48,941 bases of DNA from Bacteroidales bacterium. Lineage in GTDB: Bacteria > Bacteroidota > Bacteroidia > Bacteroidales > WCHB1-69. The translations under genes were made by a program, and so were the position numbers. Under the pieces are notes generated by a model. It searched no databases. It was not told where the DNA came from and saw nothing but the letters and a program-made list of their open reading frames with translations. The DNA is taken from NCBI GenBank assembly GCA_024400785.1, contig JAKSME010000003.1:1-48941 (forward strand), written 5' to 3'. Below, one piece after another: positions 25,702-36,479 of the stretch; position 1 is the first letter of the stretch; each line of letters begins with the position of its first letter.

Positions 25702-28200
25702 ATGGAAACTTTTTTTGCTGACATTCTTCTTCCCCTTCCGTTAAAGGGCACCTTTACCTATCGTGTTCCACAAGTACTAAATCATCGTCTTGCCTTTGGC
25801 ATGCGCGTGGTGGTCCCGTTTGGGAAAAACAAGCTTTACTCTGGTTTGGTAATCAATGTGCACCAAGTTGTACCTCAGCAAGTTAATATCAAGTATATCC
25901 TTGATCTCATTGATGAGCAACCTGTCATTTCCGAGAAACAATTTTCCCTCTGGCAATGGATGTCCGACTATTATCTGTGTACCCTTGGCGAAGTTATGGC
26001 TTGTGCTCTCCCTTCCGCACTCAAGTTGGCCGGTGAGACCGAAGTTCAACTTCATCCCGATTTCGATGGGGATTTATCCTGCCTCACGGAAAACGAAATT
26101 CGCATTGTTGAAAATGTAGTAAGTGCTAAAATAGTTACTATCAGCGAATTAACAAAGTCGCTCCAACTTCCCAAAATTCTTCCCATTATCAAAACTTTGG
26201 TAGAAAAGCAGGTTATCGTTACTGAGGAAGAAATTCGCGATGCCTACAAACCCAAACGTGAAACTTATCTTTCCTTTGCTGAACCTTATGCCCACGATGC
26301 TCAACAACTATATCACCTTCTGGACCAATTAGAAAGTTCGAAGAAAACAGCCAAACAAGCAGAAACACTCTTAGCCTTTCTTGTCATTTTGCAAAAAAAT
26401 GGCATAGTTAATGACTTTTCTCAAAGGATAAAAAAGAAAGAACTTCTTGATAATGAAAAAGTTTCACCATCATCATTACAGAAATTGATGGAGAAAAATG
26501 TTATCATTTCAGAAGATATCATCATCAGTCGCCTTATTAATTATGACGCGCAAGCTGATGCTGCCGATATACAGCTATCGGAAGCGCAAAACACTGCTTT
26601 TCAGTCAATTAAGCAAAATTTTGAGACAAATTCTACCGTTTTGTTGCATGGTGTTACCGGTAGCGGTAAAACGGAAATCTATATCAAACTCATAGATGAG
26701 GTGTTAAAAAAAGGGAAACAGGTTTTGTACCTTCTCCCAGAAATTGCGCTTACATCTCAGATTGTCAATCGGTTGCGTAAATATTTTGGTGATAGGGTTG
26801 GGGTTTATCATTCCCGATTCAACGAGTACGAGAGGGTGGAAATTTGGGAACGCGTGTTAAACAACGATACTACGGGAAAGGAAAAATACCAGCTCATTTT
26901 AGGTGCTCGTTCCGCTTTGTTATTGCCTTTCAACAATTTAGGGCTTATCATTGTGGATGAAGAACATGATTCGTCATATAAGCAGATGGATCCCGCTCCC
27001 AGATACCACGCACGCGATTGTTCCATTATTCTAGCGCAGCTCCATCAAGCCAAAACGCTGTTGGGCACAGCGACCCCCTCTATGGAGAGCTATTTCAATG
27101 CGCAGCAGAAGAAGTTTGGCTATGTGTCTCTTACCAAGCGTTTTGCGCAAAGTGTTCTTCCACAAATTTGGGTTGTGGATATGGTTAATAGCGCCCGACA
27201 GCACAAACTCAACGGCGTGTTTTCACAATTTTTAATAGATAAAATGAGTGAAGCGTTGGAGAAAAAGGAACAAGTGATTCTTTTCCAAAATCGTCGCGGC
27301 TTTTCCCTCCGACTGTTTTGTAATACTTGCCAAACCTCTCCCACTTGCAAATACTGTGATGTCACGCTCACCTATCACAAACGCAGCAATTTGCTAAAAT
27401 GTCACTATTGTGGTTATGCCATTGATTTACCTCAAGAATGCCCGACCTGCCACAGTCCCGCTTTGGAGCTTCGAGGGTTCGGAACGGAGAAAATCGAAGA
27501 AGAGCTGGCATCTATCTTTCCTAACGCCGTCATTCAGAGGATGGACTTGGACACCACTCGTTCCAAAAACGCCTATCAACGCATTATTTCCGATTTTGAG
27601 CAGCATAAAACCGACATTCTTGTTGGAACACAGATGGTTACCAAAGGTCTTGACTTTGATCGCGTTTCTGTTGTCGGGGTGCTGAGTGCCGACAATCTTA
27701 TCAATTTTCCGGACTTTCGTGCTTTTGAACGGGCTTTTCAGATTATGGCACAGGTGAGTGGTCGAGCGGGCAGAAAGGAAGTGCCTGGAAGCGTGGTCAT
27801 TCAAAGTTATCAACCCGAGCATCCTGCGCTTAAATTCGTGGTCAGCAACGATTTCGCATCCATGTATACCTCTCAACTCGCTGAGAGGAGGCAGTTCTTT
27901 TATCCGCCCGTCTGTCGTCTCATAAAACTCACATTGAAACATAAAGACGAGGCTTTCATCAACGAAGCCGGTGTTTTTTTGGCACAAGAACTTAGAAACT
28001 TATTTCCCAATCAGGTTTTGGGACCAGAATTTCCGCTTGTGGCACGCATACAAACCTATTTTTTGAAAGACCTATGGCTGAAATTTCCCAAGGATCAGCA
28101 GTTGGCGGTCAAAAAAAAGGCCTTAGACGAACTCTTGCATCGTTTCCGCACGGAAACAAAATACAAATCCGTTCATGTAATTGTGAACGTGGATGCATGA
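25702..28200 (+). CDS. priA: primosomal replication restart helicase PriA
   Basis: Motifs GVTGSGKTEIY and IVDEEHD, plus the Cys-rich Zn region CNTCQTSPTCKYC...CHYCG. Confidence 0.9.
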   Translation: METFFADILLPLPLKGTFTYRVPQVLNHRLAFGMRVVVPFGKNKLYSGLVINVHQVVPQQVNIKYILDLIDEQPVISEKQFSLWQWMSDYYLCTLGEVMACALPSALKLAGETEVQLHPDFDGDLSCLTENEIRIVENVVSAKIVTISELTKSLQLPKILPIIKTLVEKQVIVTEEEIRDAYKPKRETYLSFAEPYAHDAQQLYHLLDQLESSKKTAKQAETLLAFLVILQKNGIVNDFSQRIKKKELLDNEKVSPSSLQKLMEKNVIISEDIIISRLINYDAQADAADIQLSEAQNTAFQSIKQNFETNSTVLLHGVTGSGKTEIYIKLIDEVLKKGKQVLYLLPEIALTSQIVNRLRKYFGDRVGVYHSRFNEYERVEIWERVLNNDTTGKEKYQLILGARSALLLPFNNLGLIIVDEEHDSSYKQMDPAPRYHARDCSIILAQLHQAKTLLGTATPSMESYFNAQQKKFGYVSLTKRFAQSVLPQIWVVDMVNSARQHKLNGVFSQFLIDKMSEALEKKEQVILFQNRRGFSLRLFCNTCQTSPTCKYCDVTLTYHKRSNLLKCHYCGYAIDLPQECPTCHSPALELRGFGTEKIEEELASIFPNAVIQRMDLDTTRSKNAYQRIISDFEQHKTDILVGTQMVTKGLDFDRVSVVGVLSADNLINFPDFRAFERAFQIMAQVSGRAGRKEVPGSVVIQSYQPEHPALKFVVSNDFASMYTSQLAERRQFFYPPVCRLIKLTLKHKDEAFINEAGVFLAQELRNLFPNQVLGPEFPLVARIQTYFLKDLWLKFPKDQQLAVKKKALDELLHRFRTETKYKSVHVIVNVDA

Positions 28201-28216
28201 TTTATCCAAAAAAACC

Positions 28217-28224
28217 TATTTTTG
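28217..28224 (+). promoter_or_regulatory. -7 promoter box TATTTTTG
   Basis: TAnnTTTG match 14 nt upstream of ATG 28238. Confidence 0.5.
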
Positions 28225-28237
28225 CAACTCTAAATCA

Positions 28238-29161
28238 ATGGATACAAAAATGACTTTTCCTCCCTATCTTCACCCTGATGACTGTGTTGGAATTGTGGCC
28301 CCTGCCCGCAAAGTGGCCCCTGCTGAGATCAAAGCCGCTATTAACTTTCTTGAGAAGAATGGTTTCCGCGTGGCCATCGGTAAAAATCTGTTCAACAAGC
28401 ATTTCCAATTTGCTGGAACTGATGAAGAACGTGCTCAGGACTTCCAAGAATTCATGGATGACCCAGAGATTCATGCTATCTGGTGTGCCCGTGGCGGTTA
28501 CGGATCTGTTCGCATCATCGATAAATTAGACTTTCAACATTTCAAAGAACGTCCCAAGTGGATTTGCGGTTACAGTGACATCACTGTTTTCCATGCTCAC
28601 CTCCACACTCTCGGCCTCGCCTCCCTTCATTGTACCATGCCCATCAAAATTAGCAATGACGATTTTGATAATATGAATAACAGGTCTATGATACAAGCAC
28701 TTACTGGAGGTATTTTGGCCTATACTATGCCAAATTCCAGCATTAATCGCTCTGGAATGGCGGTCGGAGAAATTATCGGTGGGAATTTGTCCATCCTATA
28801 TTCCCTTTTGGCTTCTCCTTCTGACTTACAAACTGACGGTAAAATTCTGTTCATCGAAGATTTGGATGAGCATCTTTACCATATCGACCGAATGATGCAA
28901 GCCCTCAAGCGTTCCGGAAAACTTAACAAATTGGCAGGATTGATTGTTGGTGGAATGGAAGATATGCATAACAATAATCCTGAGAATCCTTTTGGACAAA
29001 CGGCGGAAGAGATTGTCGCCAGTTGCTGTGAGGAGTATTCCTACCCTATTTGTTATCATTTCCCCGTTGGTCATGGAGACAACAATGTTGCTCTCAAGAT
29101 GGGGGCTCGGGTTACGCTTTCGGTCGCTCCTAATGGTGGCGCATTAATATTTAATGAATAA
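28238..29161 (+). CDS. LD-carboxypeptidase (peptidase S66)
   Basis: GYSDIT holds the Ser nucleophile, and FIEDLDEHLYHIDR holds the Glu/His. The internal ATG after the promoter box is preferred over 28193. Confidence 0.8.
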   Translation: MDTKMTFPPYLHPDDCVGIVAPARKVAPAEIKAAINFLEKNGFRVAIGKNLFNKHFQFAGTDEERAQDFQEFMDDPEIHAIWCARGGYGSVRIIDKLDFQHFKERPKWICGYSDITVFHAHLHTLGLASLHCTMPIKISNDDFDNMNNRSMIQALTGGILAYTMPNSSINRSGMAVGEIIGGNLSILYSLLASPSDLQTDGKILFIEDLDEHLYHIDRMMQALKRSGKLNKLAGLIVGGMEDMHNNNPENPFGQTAEEIVASCCEEYSYPICYHFPVGHGDNNVALKMGARVTLSVAPNGGALIFNE

Positions 29162-29194
29162 TGAATAATCAATAACACTTTTGAAATTTTATCT

Positions 29195-29818
29195 ATGAGA
29201 AAATTTAATGCATTCATACTTAAGTTGTTAGGTTTTAAAGCTGATTGTGTAAACATTCCACCGGAAATCAAAAAGTGTGTTCTTCTTTTTGCTCCCCATA
29301 CCAGTTATCTTGATTTTATTATCGGTGCTATGTGTATTAATGTGATGGGATTCAAAGCATCACTTTTGATAAAAAAGGAAGCTTTCTTTTGGCCCTTGGC
29401 TCCGCTGTTGCGCAAATGCGGTGGAATCCCCATCGACCGTAAGCATGTTAGAAAATTCCCCATTTATGCCGCCAATTACATCAAAGAACAAGACGAAATT
29501 GCTTTTTTGATTTCTCCAGAGGGAACTCGCAAACTTGTTACCGATTGGAAACGTGGTTTTTATTTCATTGCACACGAAGCTCAGGTGCCCATTGTTCCTG
29601 GTTATCTCGATTTCCGCACCAAGCGAGGCGGTGTTCTTCCAGCTTTCTATCCCACAGGTGATTATGAGAAAGATATGGCCGAATTGGAGAAAAACTACTA
29701 TGGCATGCATGGCTATCACAAAGGACAATTCAACTTGGAAGACAAACCTTTCGCTTTTCCAGATTGGTTAAGTGAGAAAGAACGTAAAAAGGAGGAAGAA
29801 AAATACGGTAAGCGATAA
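29195..29818 (+). CDS. lysophospholipid (1-acyl-sn-glycerol-3-phosphate type) acyltransferase
   Basis: HTSYLD (HX4D) and SPEGTR motifs. Confidence 0.8.
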   Translation: MRKFNAFILKLLGFKADCVNIPPEIKKCVLLFAPHTSYLDFIIGAMCINVMGFKASLLIKKEAFFWPLAPLLRKCGGIPIDRKHVRKFPIYAANYIKEQDEIAFLISPEGTRKLVTDWKRGFYFIAHEAQVPIVPGYLDFRTKRGGVLPAFYPTGDYEKDMAELEKNYYGMHGYHKGQFNLEDKPFAFPDWLSEKERKKEEEKYGKR

Positions 29819-29826
29819 TTCACCAC

Positions 29827-32800
29827 TTATTGTTTGACAATCTTCTTCGTCCCGAAACTGCCATCTTGTTTACGTATTTGCAATACATACAACCCTGATT
29901 TCCAACTGCTTATATCAATATCAAGGTTGGCATTTGTTGTTTTCTGACTGAACATTAGTCTTCCAACAGCATCATACACCACAACTTCTTTTTCACACTC
30001 ATCGGAATCCATCATACCAACTTCTATATATTCTCTTGCTGGAGTAGGAGTGACAGTGATGACTAAGTTTCTATTTTTGCTCGCAGACGTTACGTTATTT
30101 ACACTATTAGTTTGATATTCAATACTATTTGAAATGATATAGCGGGACCTAAGTCCTACGCAATTAACTGCTGCCACTCGGACATAATACCGATGACCTG
30201 TTATCATCCGCACGCACTTGTCAAATTTATTAGTAGTTGTACGTCCTGTGGAAACTGGGCTGCTTGCATTATTTTCATCCCAAATTTCATAATCATAGTA
30301 TGCCACTTCTGAATTATCATCGCGGGCAACGCTCCATTGAGCATTGACAATATTATTGTTGACAGATTCCACCGTAGTGGAAAAACAGAAATGAACGCTG
30401 CCCGATATTACTGGTCCGGAGAAGTCGGATTTTATGGTCTTTTCCACTAAACTAGAAAATTGATATGCATCATCCAACACAATGGACTTGATTTTTGCAC
30501 GACCTTCCCCATTCATTGCTTGCCAAGGGAGTTCGCTATCTTTCACTGGTCCTGCATAAATGTGTACGATTCTTTCCCTCGATTTGTAAACGCGCCAGTT
30601 GTCAAAAGTTGCACGAAGTCCCTCGGTGTGAATAAGCATATGTTGTCCGGGAAGAGCCAATGGAACTTGGTCCTGCCAATCCATAAGCAAGCGGGCATCT
30701 CGAAAGACCAAAATTCTTCCTAAAGACCGATCGCAGACAATTCTGTAACGATAGGTGACACCATTGGATATAAAGATATGTTCCAAACTATCAACCACCA
30801 TCACATCTCCATTAACCCAACGGAGGATCTCCATTCGATGTTCCATTGGCTTGACACGCACTGAGTAGGCCGTTCCTGAATAACGGACTTCGTCTCTGTT
30901 CGCGCTCAGGATGAATTCGAGATTCGCATTGTTTTCGCAATTTTCTACTGATGCATAAATATCAAATAAGTAAGCATCCAATGCGGATTCTTTTAGGGGG
31001 GCATAAATTGTAGCCGATTGCATTGAAGACTGTGACAACCGGTGGTCAGTTATCGTCCAACTGCCATTTTGTATGTGCCATATTGTAGTGTTAAAATCAT
31101 CAAAGTTATCGCAAGCGAATCCACGTTTGACATTTGCGGTCCACCTGCTTCCATCATATCCCATAACTTGATAGAAACGGTATGCAACACCGTGATCATC
31201 AGAGTCTTCGAATCCAAGATTGAATTCAGAAGTCACCCAATCATCTGAATTGAAGCGAATGACCGTAGTTGGAACGGCATCTGCCACAGGTACTGATGCA
31301 CTCCAACGGGCCACCCACCCTGATGCAGTGGTAGCGCAGTCGGATCGGAATTCCACCAACAATGAATTTCCGCTCGAAACCACTGTTCCCGGAGAAGTCG
31401 TGTTCCACCGCCCCAATTGGGGTGCGAAGACCGTATTCCCATCATAAATCCACATAAAGTCATAGTCATTTTCCAAGTCAAAAGCTGAAAATGTGAGTGT
31501 AATATTTTCTGCTTCAGGCACTTGAATCAAATATAGTTTTCGTTCGTCGTTGCCGTAATCACCAGTTTCACCACCAGAATCAGTAAAAGTTCCTGTCGTA
31601 CTATGGAATGTTGTGACGGGAGTGTCCGCATTCACCAACTTAAAGTAGTAATTCCAGTCCCAATAGGGCCCGGGGTCAGTGTGTGTTTGGCTTGGAAAGT
31701 GCTGGTGCCCCCGAATTTTCACGCAGGAAGTTTCTCCTCCCAAATCGTGCAAACCGTAATTGAGTACGCTTCCATTGTCCAATGTGTCGCGGTAAAACAT
31801 CCTCAGGGGTGAAATTCCGTGGCGCTCACAAATATCACGTGTGAGCTGAGCGGAAGACTGGTACATGGCGGGCGTGAAATAACTTGCGATATCTCCATAA
31901 GCTTCATGTTCCAAGCCGATGGTGTAGGAGTTACTGTTCCCGACGTGCCATGCCTTATCTGTTTCCCGTACCATCTGAGCCACCTGCCCGTCAACGGAGC
32001 GCAATACATAGTGTGCAGATGCTTGAGCCCCTACCCCATTGTACGAGCAATTTTGGAACCACGCGATAGAACCAGAATAAGTCCCTTGGGTGTAATGGAT
32101 GGTAATGGCAGAAACACGGTGACCATTGCGAGAGGAATAATTGCATGTTCCTGCTGGCATCCATATAGCATTCGGATAGTCGGTTGCATTGCTCCTGGAT
32201 CCCCATCCAATATCTTCAATATCACAATTATCTTTCTGATTATCAGTATTTTCAATATTAAAAACCTTAACAGTGTCGCTTTGCAAAACAGGTAAGAGGT
32301 CGCCAAAAACGGGCTGAAGTTCTACTTTGGGAATTGCCATGCCGACTGCGGAACGATAGAGGTGGTTGTTCGCAAAAAAGCAGAATGCATAGTGCAGACT
32401 TTCTACGGCGAAATTGAGAGCACGGGTAGTTGGCAGAGGCAATTCAGACAACGCATCTAAAATTGGGAATTGGTCAGACATTTCCGCGGAGTAGATGCCG
32501 TATCGCTGTTGTAATGCGGCATAGGCCGCTGCATAAGCCACAATATTGTCGCGTGGTGAATCCATGATCCTATCCACTGAAATTCCTGATAATTGAGACA
32601 CAAACTTCAGAGTTTCACGAAAATAGCCTTTCCCGTTTAATGTCAACCCCATTACGCCAAAAGTTGGAGGAAGTTGCTCCGGTAAATCGGACAAAGTATC
32701 TGGTTTCAAATGACAAAACCGCGAATAAGTAAATGCAACGGTTTCAAGTATTCCTCGAGGAATGGTTGGATACAATTGATAGGCCTCACGAAAATAGGGC

Positions 32801-32937
32801 TCAACCTGTCGAAACTGCTGTATGACAGCCGATTCAATATTCCGATTGCGAAGTTCTGCGTACTGTGCAGCATCTTTTTGCGCAACACCCGTTAACACCG
32901 AAACCATTAGTAAAACCAATAGGACAACTCTTTTCAT
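29827..32937 (-). CDS. secreted multidomain N-acetylmuramoyl-L-alanine amidase (Amidase_2/PGRP) with CUB-like domain and T9SS C-terminal sorting domain
   Basis: It has a signal peptide. Amidase motifs are AHYVL, WHVGNSN, IGLEHE and HTDPGPYWDW. A CUB-like block is FTDSGGETGDYGNDE...YDFMWIYDG...LLVEFRSD. The C-terminal GLYVLQIRKQDGSFGTKKIVKQ is a T9SS tail. Confidence 0.8.
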   Translation of the reverse strand: MKRVVLLVLLMVSVLTGVAQKDAAQYAELRNRNIESAVIQQFRQVEPYFREAYQLYPTIPRGILETVAFTYSRFCHLKPDTLSDLPEQLPPTFGVMGLTLNGKGYFRETLKFVSQLSGISVDRIMDSPRDNIVAYAAAYAALQQRYGIYSAEMSDQFPILDALSELPLPTTRALNFAVESLHYAFCFFANNHLYRSAVGMAIPKVELQPVFGDLLPVLQSDTVKVFNIENTDNQKDNCDIEDIGWGSRSNATDYPNAIWMPAGTCNYSSRNGHRVSAITIHYTQGTYSGSIAWFQNCSYNGVGAQASAHYVLRSVDGQVAQMVRETDKAWHVGNSNSYTIGLEHEAYGDIASYFTPAMYQSSAQLTRDICERHGISPLRMFYRDTLDNGSVLNYGLHDLGGETSCVKIRGHQHFPSQTHTDPGPYWDWNYYFKLVNADTPVTTFHSTTGTFTDSGGETGDYGNDERKLYLIQVPEAENITLTFSAFDLENDYDFMWIYDGNTVFAPQLGRWNTTSPGTVVSSGNSLLVEFRSDCATTASGWVARWSASVPVADAVPTTVIRFNSDDWVTSEFNLGFEDSDDHGVAYRFYQVMGYDGSRWTANVKRGFACDNFDDFNTTIWHIQNGSWTITDHRLSQSSMQSATIYAPLKESALDAYLFDIYASVENCENNANLEFILSANRDEVRYSGTAYSVRVKPMEHRMEILRWVNGDVMVVDSLEHIFISNGVTYRYRIVCDRSLGRILVFRDARLLMDWQDQVPLALPGQHMLIHTEGLRATFDNWRVYKSRERIVHIYAGPVKDSELPWQAMNGEGRAKIKSIVLDDAYQFSSLVEKTIKSDFSGPVISGSVHFCFSTTVESVNNNIVNAQWSVARDDNSEVAYYDYEIWDENNASSPVSTGRTTTNKFDKCVRMITGHRYYVRVAAVNCVGLRSRYIISNSIEYQTNSVNNVTSASKNRNLVITVTPTPAREYIEVGMMDSDECEKEVVVYDAVGRLMFSQKTTNANLDIDISSWKSGLYVLQIRKQDGSFGTKKIVKQ

Positions 32938-33104
32938 AACAACAAATTTTTAGTGTGAGAGAATAAATGAACGGGGCAAATATACTATGCGCACTGAGCG
33001 ATTTCCAATAGTTAAATTTAAGTTTAACATTTATTAACAAATTACTTAGTTACTTGTATTCCTGTTAGTTATAAAAATAATAAGCTTAATATCCGTTTGT
33101 TTTG

Positions 33105-33112
33105 TAACTTTG
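33105..33112 (+). promoter_or_regulatory. -7 promoter box TAACTTTG
   Basis: TAnnTTTG match 23 nt upstream of ATG 33135. Confidence 0.5.
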
Positions 33113-33134
33113 CACCTTGATTTTTTGGAAGAAA

Positions 33135-34994
33135 ATGAAGCACAGCACGATTTTTTTCAAATTCCTTTGGTACGTATTGACAGTATGCTTGGTGGTTGCC
33201 ACCATCATAGGAGAAAATTTCGGAGAGGAAACGACTCGCCAATATATATATAGTAACATTTTCTTCTTTTTAGGATGGGCTTTTTTGTGGGGATGCCATA
33301 TCGTAAAATGCTTTCATTCAAAACTTTATAGAATAAGTAAAATAAAATTTTGCTTATCCTTTTCGCCACTCTGGCTTTTACTTGGAAGCGGATGCACTTT
33401 GTTCGGTTGTCCAACCGAGATTGGAAAAACATTCATCTACATCGGTTTCGCTTGGTTCATCCTTTTCTATATCAGTACTTTGTGTTCGAAAAATGGAACT
33501 TTCCGCAGCTTGCTGAGAAAATTGTCGCTCACGGCGATTTTATTCACTTCTGTTACAACTAACCTATTGGCACAAAGAACGATAGATGAAAGAACAGCCG
33601 AAGCGATGCAAGATGTTGTTGTAATGTATGCTGGAAGGCAGATGCCCTTGCTAAGCATGTGCGATGACATTCTTTATGAAATCAGCGGCTCTACGCACTT
33701 CAAGTCATTCAGCAGCATTCAGGTGGTTTTCGGATGGGTGTTGTTTCCAGAAGATTGGATAACGCAACCCATAGTGAAAATTTCTGGCACAGAGATACAA
33801 AAAAAACACCCGCGTGAAAAGTGTGTCGAACCTGCTTTTTTCTTCTCAAAAAATGGAGATTTTGTTTATGGAAATGATAATGGAACCCCTGATAATCAAA
33901 GCATTAAAAAAATAAGTGAACGATTATACATTTTACAACAATTGAGGTTGGGAACCGCATTCAAACTATTCCCGAAAAATGACATTTGGCATTCTCCAGT
34001 TGATGATTTGAGTGCATTTTCGAGCGATGACAGAAAATTCATCCAAAATTTCTTTAAATCATTGTATATCAACACAATAAACGAAGACTACGAAAGTAAT
34101 GCCAAACTAATTAAAACTGTAAAAAATTTTCAATTTCCCCATATTGGCTATCCTGCAAAAATCACTGCGGAAACGCAATACATCAAGTGGCATACCTGGC
34201 TGGGCCATGGAGCGTACGCCCTTATCTTGGCCATTATTATATTTGTTCTCCAAACCTTCCATTTTCAGAGCGAAACCAGCCGATGTATATTATTGATAAT
34301 TAAGTATTTGGCAATAATATTATTGATATTGGTCGCCTTTCATTGGGCATGGCGGTGGTATTTATCCGGACATATTCCGGTAAGTACGGGATATGAGACG
34401 CTTCTTTTTCTATCCATGCTTATTTTGCTGATTACCATTATTTTATGGAATAAAAATAGCTTTATTCCTTTGTCGGGTTTAATGTTATCGGGCTTTACTT
34501 TGTTGGTAATGAATTTTTCTTTCAATTCGCCAAAAATCAGCAAATTAGCACCGATATTAGACACACAGTGGCTCAGTTTGCATGTTTGTGTCACGATGGC
34601 AGCCTACGCTACATTGGCCTTTACTTTCATAATAGCTGTTATCTATTTGATTTTCAATTTTATGGACAAGGAATCTGCTTCCAAAATGGAGAACTTGAGC
34701 GATTTATCGCGACTCTTGTTGATTCCGGGTGTTGGGTTGCTGGCTATAGGCATTATCCTCGGTTCATTTTGGGGAGAAATCGCTTGGAAAACGTATTGGA
34801 ACTGGGACCCGAAAGAGGTGTGGGCATTAATCACACTCATGATGTATATTCCTGCTACACAATTAGATATATTTCAAAATTTCAAAAAGCCAACTTTTTA
34901 TCATCTTTACCTCATGCTTGCCTTTGCCTGTTTGTTGGTCACATATTTTGGTGTGAATTATTGGTTTGGGGGCCTTCATTCTTATGGCGGATAA
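33135..34994 (+). CDS. ccsA: cytochrome c biogenesis protein (CcsA/ResC family, CcsBA-like fusion)
   Basis: The Trp-rich haem-handling motif WGEIAWKTYWNWDPKEVWAL is present, with many TM segments. Confidence 0.8.
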   Translation: MKHSTIFFKFLWYVLTVCLVVATIIGENFGEETTRQYIYSNIFFFLGWAFLWGCHIVKCFHSKLYRISKIKFCLSFSPLWLLLGSGCTLFGCPTEIGKTFIYIGFAWFILFYISTLCSKNGTFRSLLRKLSLTAILFTSVTTNLLAQRTIDERTAEAMQDVVVMYAGRQMPLLSMCDDILYEISGSTHFKSFSSIQVVFGWVLFPEDWITQPIVKISGTEIQKKHPREKCVEPAFFFSKNGDFVYGNDNGTPDNQSIKKISERLYILQQLRLGTAFKLFPKNDIWHSPVDDLSAFSSDDRKFIQNFFKSLYINTINEDYESNAKLIKTVKNFQFPHIGYPAKITAETQYIKWHTWLGHGAYALILAIIIFVLQTFHFQSETSRCILLIIKYLAIILLILVAFHWAWRWYLSGHIPVSTGYETLLFLSMLILLITIILWNKNSFIPLSGLMLSGFTLLVMNFSFNSPKISKLAPILDTQWLSLHVCVTMAAYATLAFTFIIAVIYLIFNFMDKESASKMENLSDLSRLLLIPGVGLLAIGIILGSFWGEIAWKTYWNWDPKEVWALITLMMYIPATQLDIFQNFKKPTFYHLYLMLAFACLLVTYFGVNYWFGGLHSYGG

Positions 34995-35034
34995 TTGGGG
35001 AAAATTTAACTGTAGATAATTGATATAAAAATTG

Positions 35035-35042
35035 TATATTTG
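35035..35042 (+). promoter_or_regulatory. -7 promoter box TATATTTG
   Basis: TAnnTTTG match upstream of ATG 35109. Confidence 0.45.
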
Positions 35043-35108
35043 CAATCGCTTTTTAAAAAATAAATTATTCATAATTAATTTATATACAACAAATTAAAAT
35101 AACATCAA

Positions 35109-36305
35109 ATGGCAAAATTCGATCCCGCAACGAACATTCAGTTCTCCAGCGCACTTGGCGACAAACGTGGTGTCAATCCCGCAATTTGCGACAGCGCTAC
35201 CTTTACCTTCAACAAAGCAAAAGAAATGACCGACACTTTCCATGGTGAAACTGAAGGTATGTTTCTCTATTCCAGACATTGGAATCCGAGCAACCTCGCT
35301 CTTTGCACTGCTCTCGCTGCCATGGAAGGCACCGAAATGGCATGGGCTACCGGTTCTGGTATGGCTGCTATTACCTGTGCTTTGTTGCACGAAGTCAAAT
35401 CCGGCGACCACATTGTTTCCAGCATGACTACCTATGGTGGAACTTTCGCCTTCATGAACAACTACCTCAAGAAATTCAATGTAGAAGTTTCATTCGTCAA
35501 CTTCCAAGATCTTGATGCTGTAAAAAAGGCTATTCGTCCGAACACCAAGGTTCTCTACACCGAAACCATGAACAATCCGTTGCTCCGCATCGCCAACATT
35601 CCTGAACTTTCAAAGATTGCTCACGCTGCTGGTGCTAAATTATTGGTTGACAACACCTTCACTCCTATGATTTTCTCTCCTTACCGCTTGGGGGCTGACG
35701 TTGTCATTTATTCAATGACCAAATTTGTCAATGGTAAGAACGACTGTGTTGCTGGTGCAATCTGCGGTTCCGCTGACTACATCAACTCACTCATCGATGT
35801 TAACGATGGTACGGCCATGTTGCTCGGCCCCGTTCTTGATCCGATGCGTTCCACCAGCATCCTCAAAAACCTCAGCACTTTGCACATCCGTATGAAACAA
35901 CATGGCGCAAACGCTATGTATTTGGCAGAGCGTTTCAAAGAAACCGGTTTGAAATACAACTATCCAGGACTTCCAGAACATCCTGACTATAAATTATTTA
36001 CCTCAATGATGAATGAAGGTTACGGTTTTGGCGGCATGATTTCCATCGACATGGGTACGGCCGATAGAGCCAGCGCCATCATGGAAAAAATGCAAGAACT
36101 CGGCGTAGGTTATCTTGCTGTCAGCCTCGGTTACTTCAAGACTTTATTCAGCAACTCCGGCAAGTCAACTTCTTCCGAAGTTCCCGAAGATCTCCAAAGA
36201 GAAATGGGTATGAGTGAAGGACTTATCCGCTTCTCTGTCGGCCTTGACAACGATATTGAAAACACTTTCAATTTGATTGTTGAAGCCATCAACGCAACGA
36301 AATAA
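35109..36305 (+). CDS. Cys/Met-metabolism PLP-dependent enzyme (methionine gamma-lyase / O-acetylhomoserine sulfhydrylase family)
   Basis: Motifs YSRHWNPSN, GSGMAAI and YSMTKFVNG (PLP lysine). The exact specificity cannot be resolved. Confidence 0.75.
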   Translation: MAKFDPATNIQFSSALGDKRGVNPAICDSATFTFNKAKEMTDTFHGETEGMFLYSRHWNPSNLALCTALAAMEGTEMAWATGSGMAAITCALLHEVKSGDHIVSSMTTYGGTFAFMNNYLKKFNVEVSFVNFQDLDAVKKAIRPNTKVLYTETMNNPLLRIANIPELSKIAHAAGAKLLVDNTFTPMIFSPYRLGADVVIYSMTKFVNGKNDCVAGAICGSADYINSLIDVNDGTAMLLGPVLDPMRSTSILKNLSTLHIRMKQHGANAMYLAERFKETGLKYNYPGLPEHPDYKLFTSMMNEGYGFGGMISIDMGTADRASAIMEKMQELGVGYLAVSLGYFKTLFSNSGKSTSSEVPEDLQREMGMSEGLIRFSVGLDNDIENTFNLIVEAINATK

Positions 36306-36328
36306 TTGACGTTAACATTTGAAAAGAA

Positions 36329-36355
36329 AGCGTGGAGAAATCCACGCTTTTTTTG
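36329..36355 (+). terminator. intrinsic terminator
   Basis: agcgtgga-gaaa-tccacgct followed by ttttttt. Confidence 0.8.
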
Positions 36356-36379
36356 TATGCTCAGTTCACTTTTTTTTAG

Positions 36380-36387
36380 TATCTTTG
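36380..36387 (+). promoter_or_regulatory. -7 promoter box TATCTTTG
   Basis: TAnnTTTG match upstream of the bcd-etfBA operon. Confidence 0.45.
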
Positions 36388-36479
36388 CCGCCCATTATAT
36401 AAATATGTAAAGAGTGTTATTTCAGGCACGACTTTATGTTGAAAAGCAATCACTAAATTAAAATCATAATAAAAACAAC

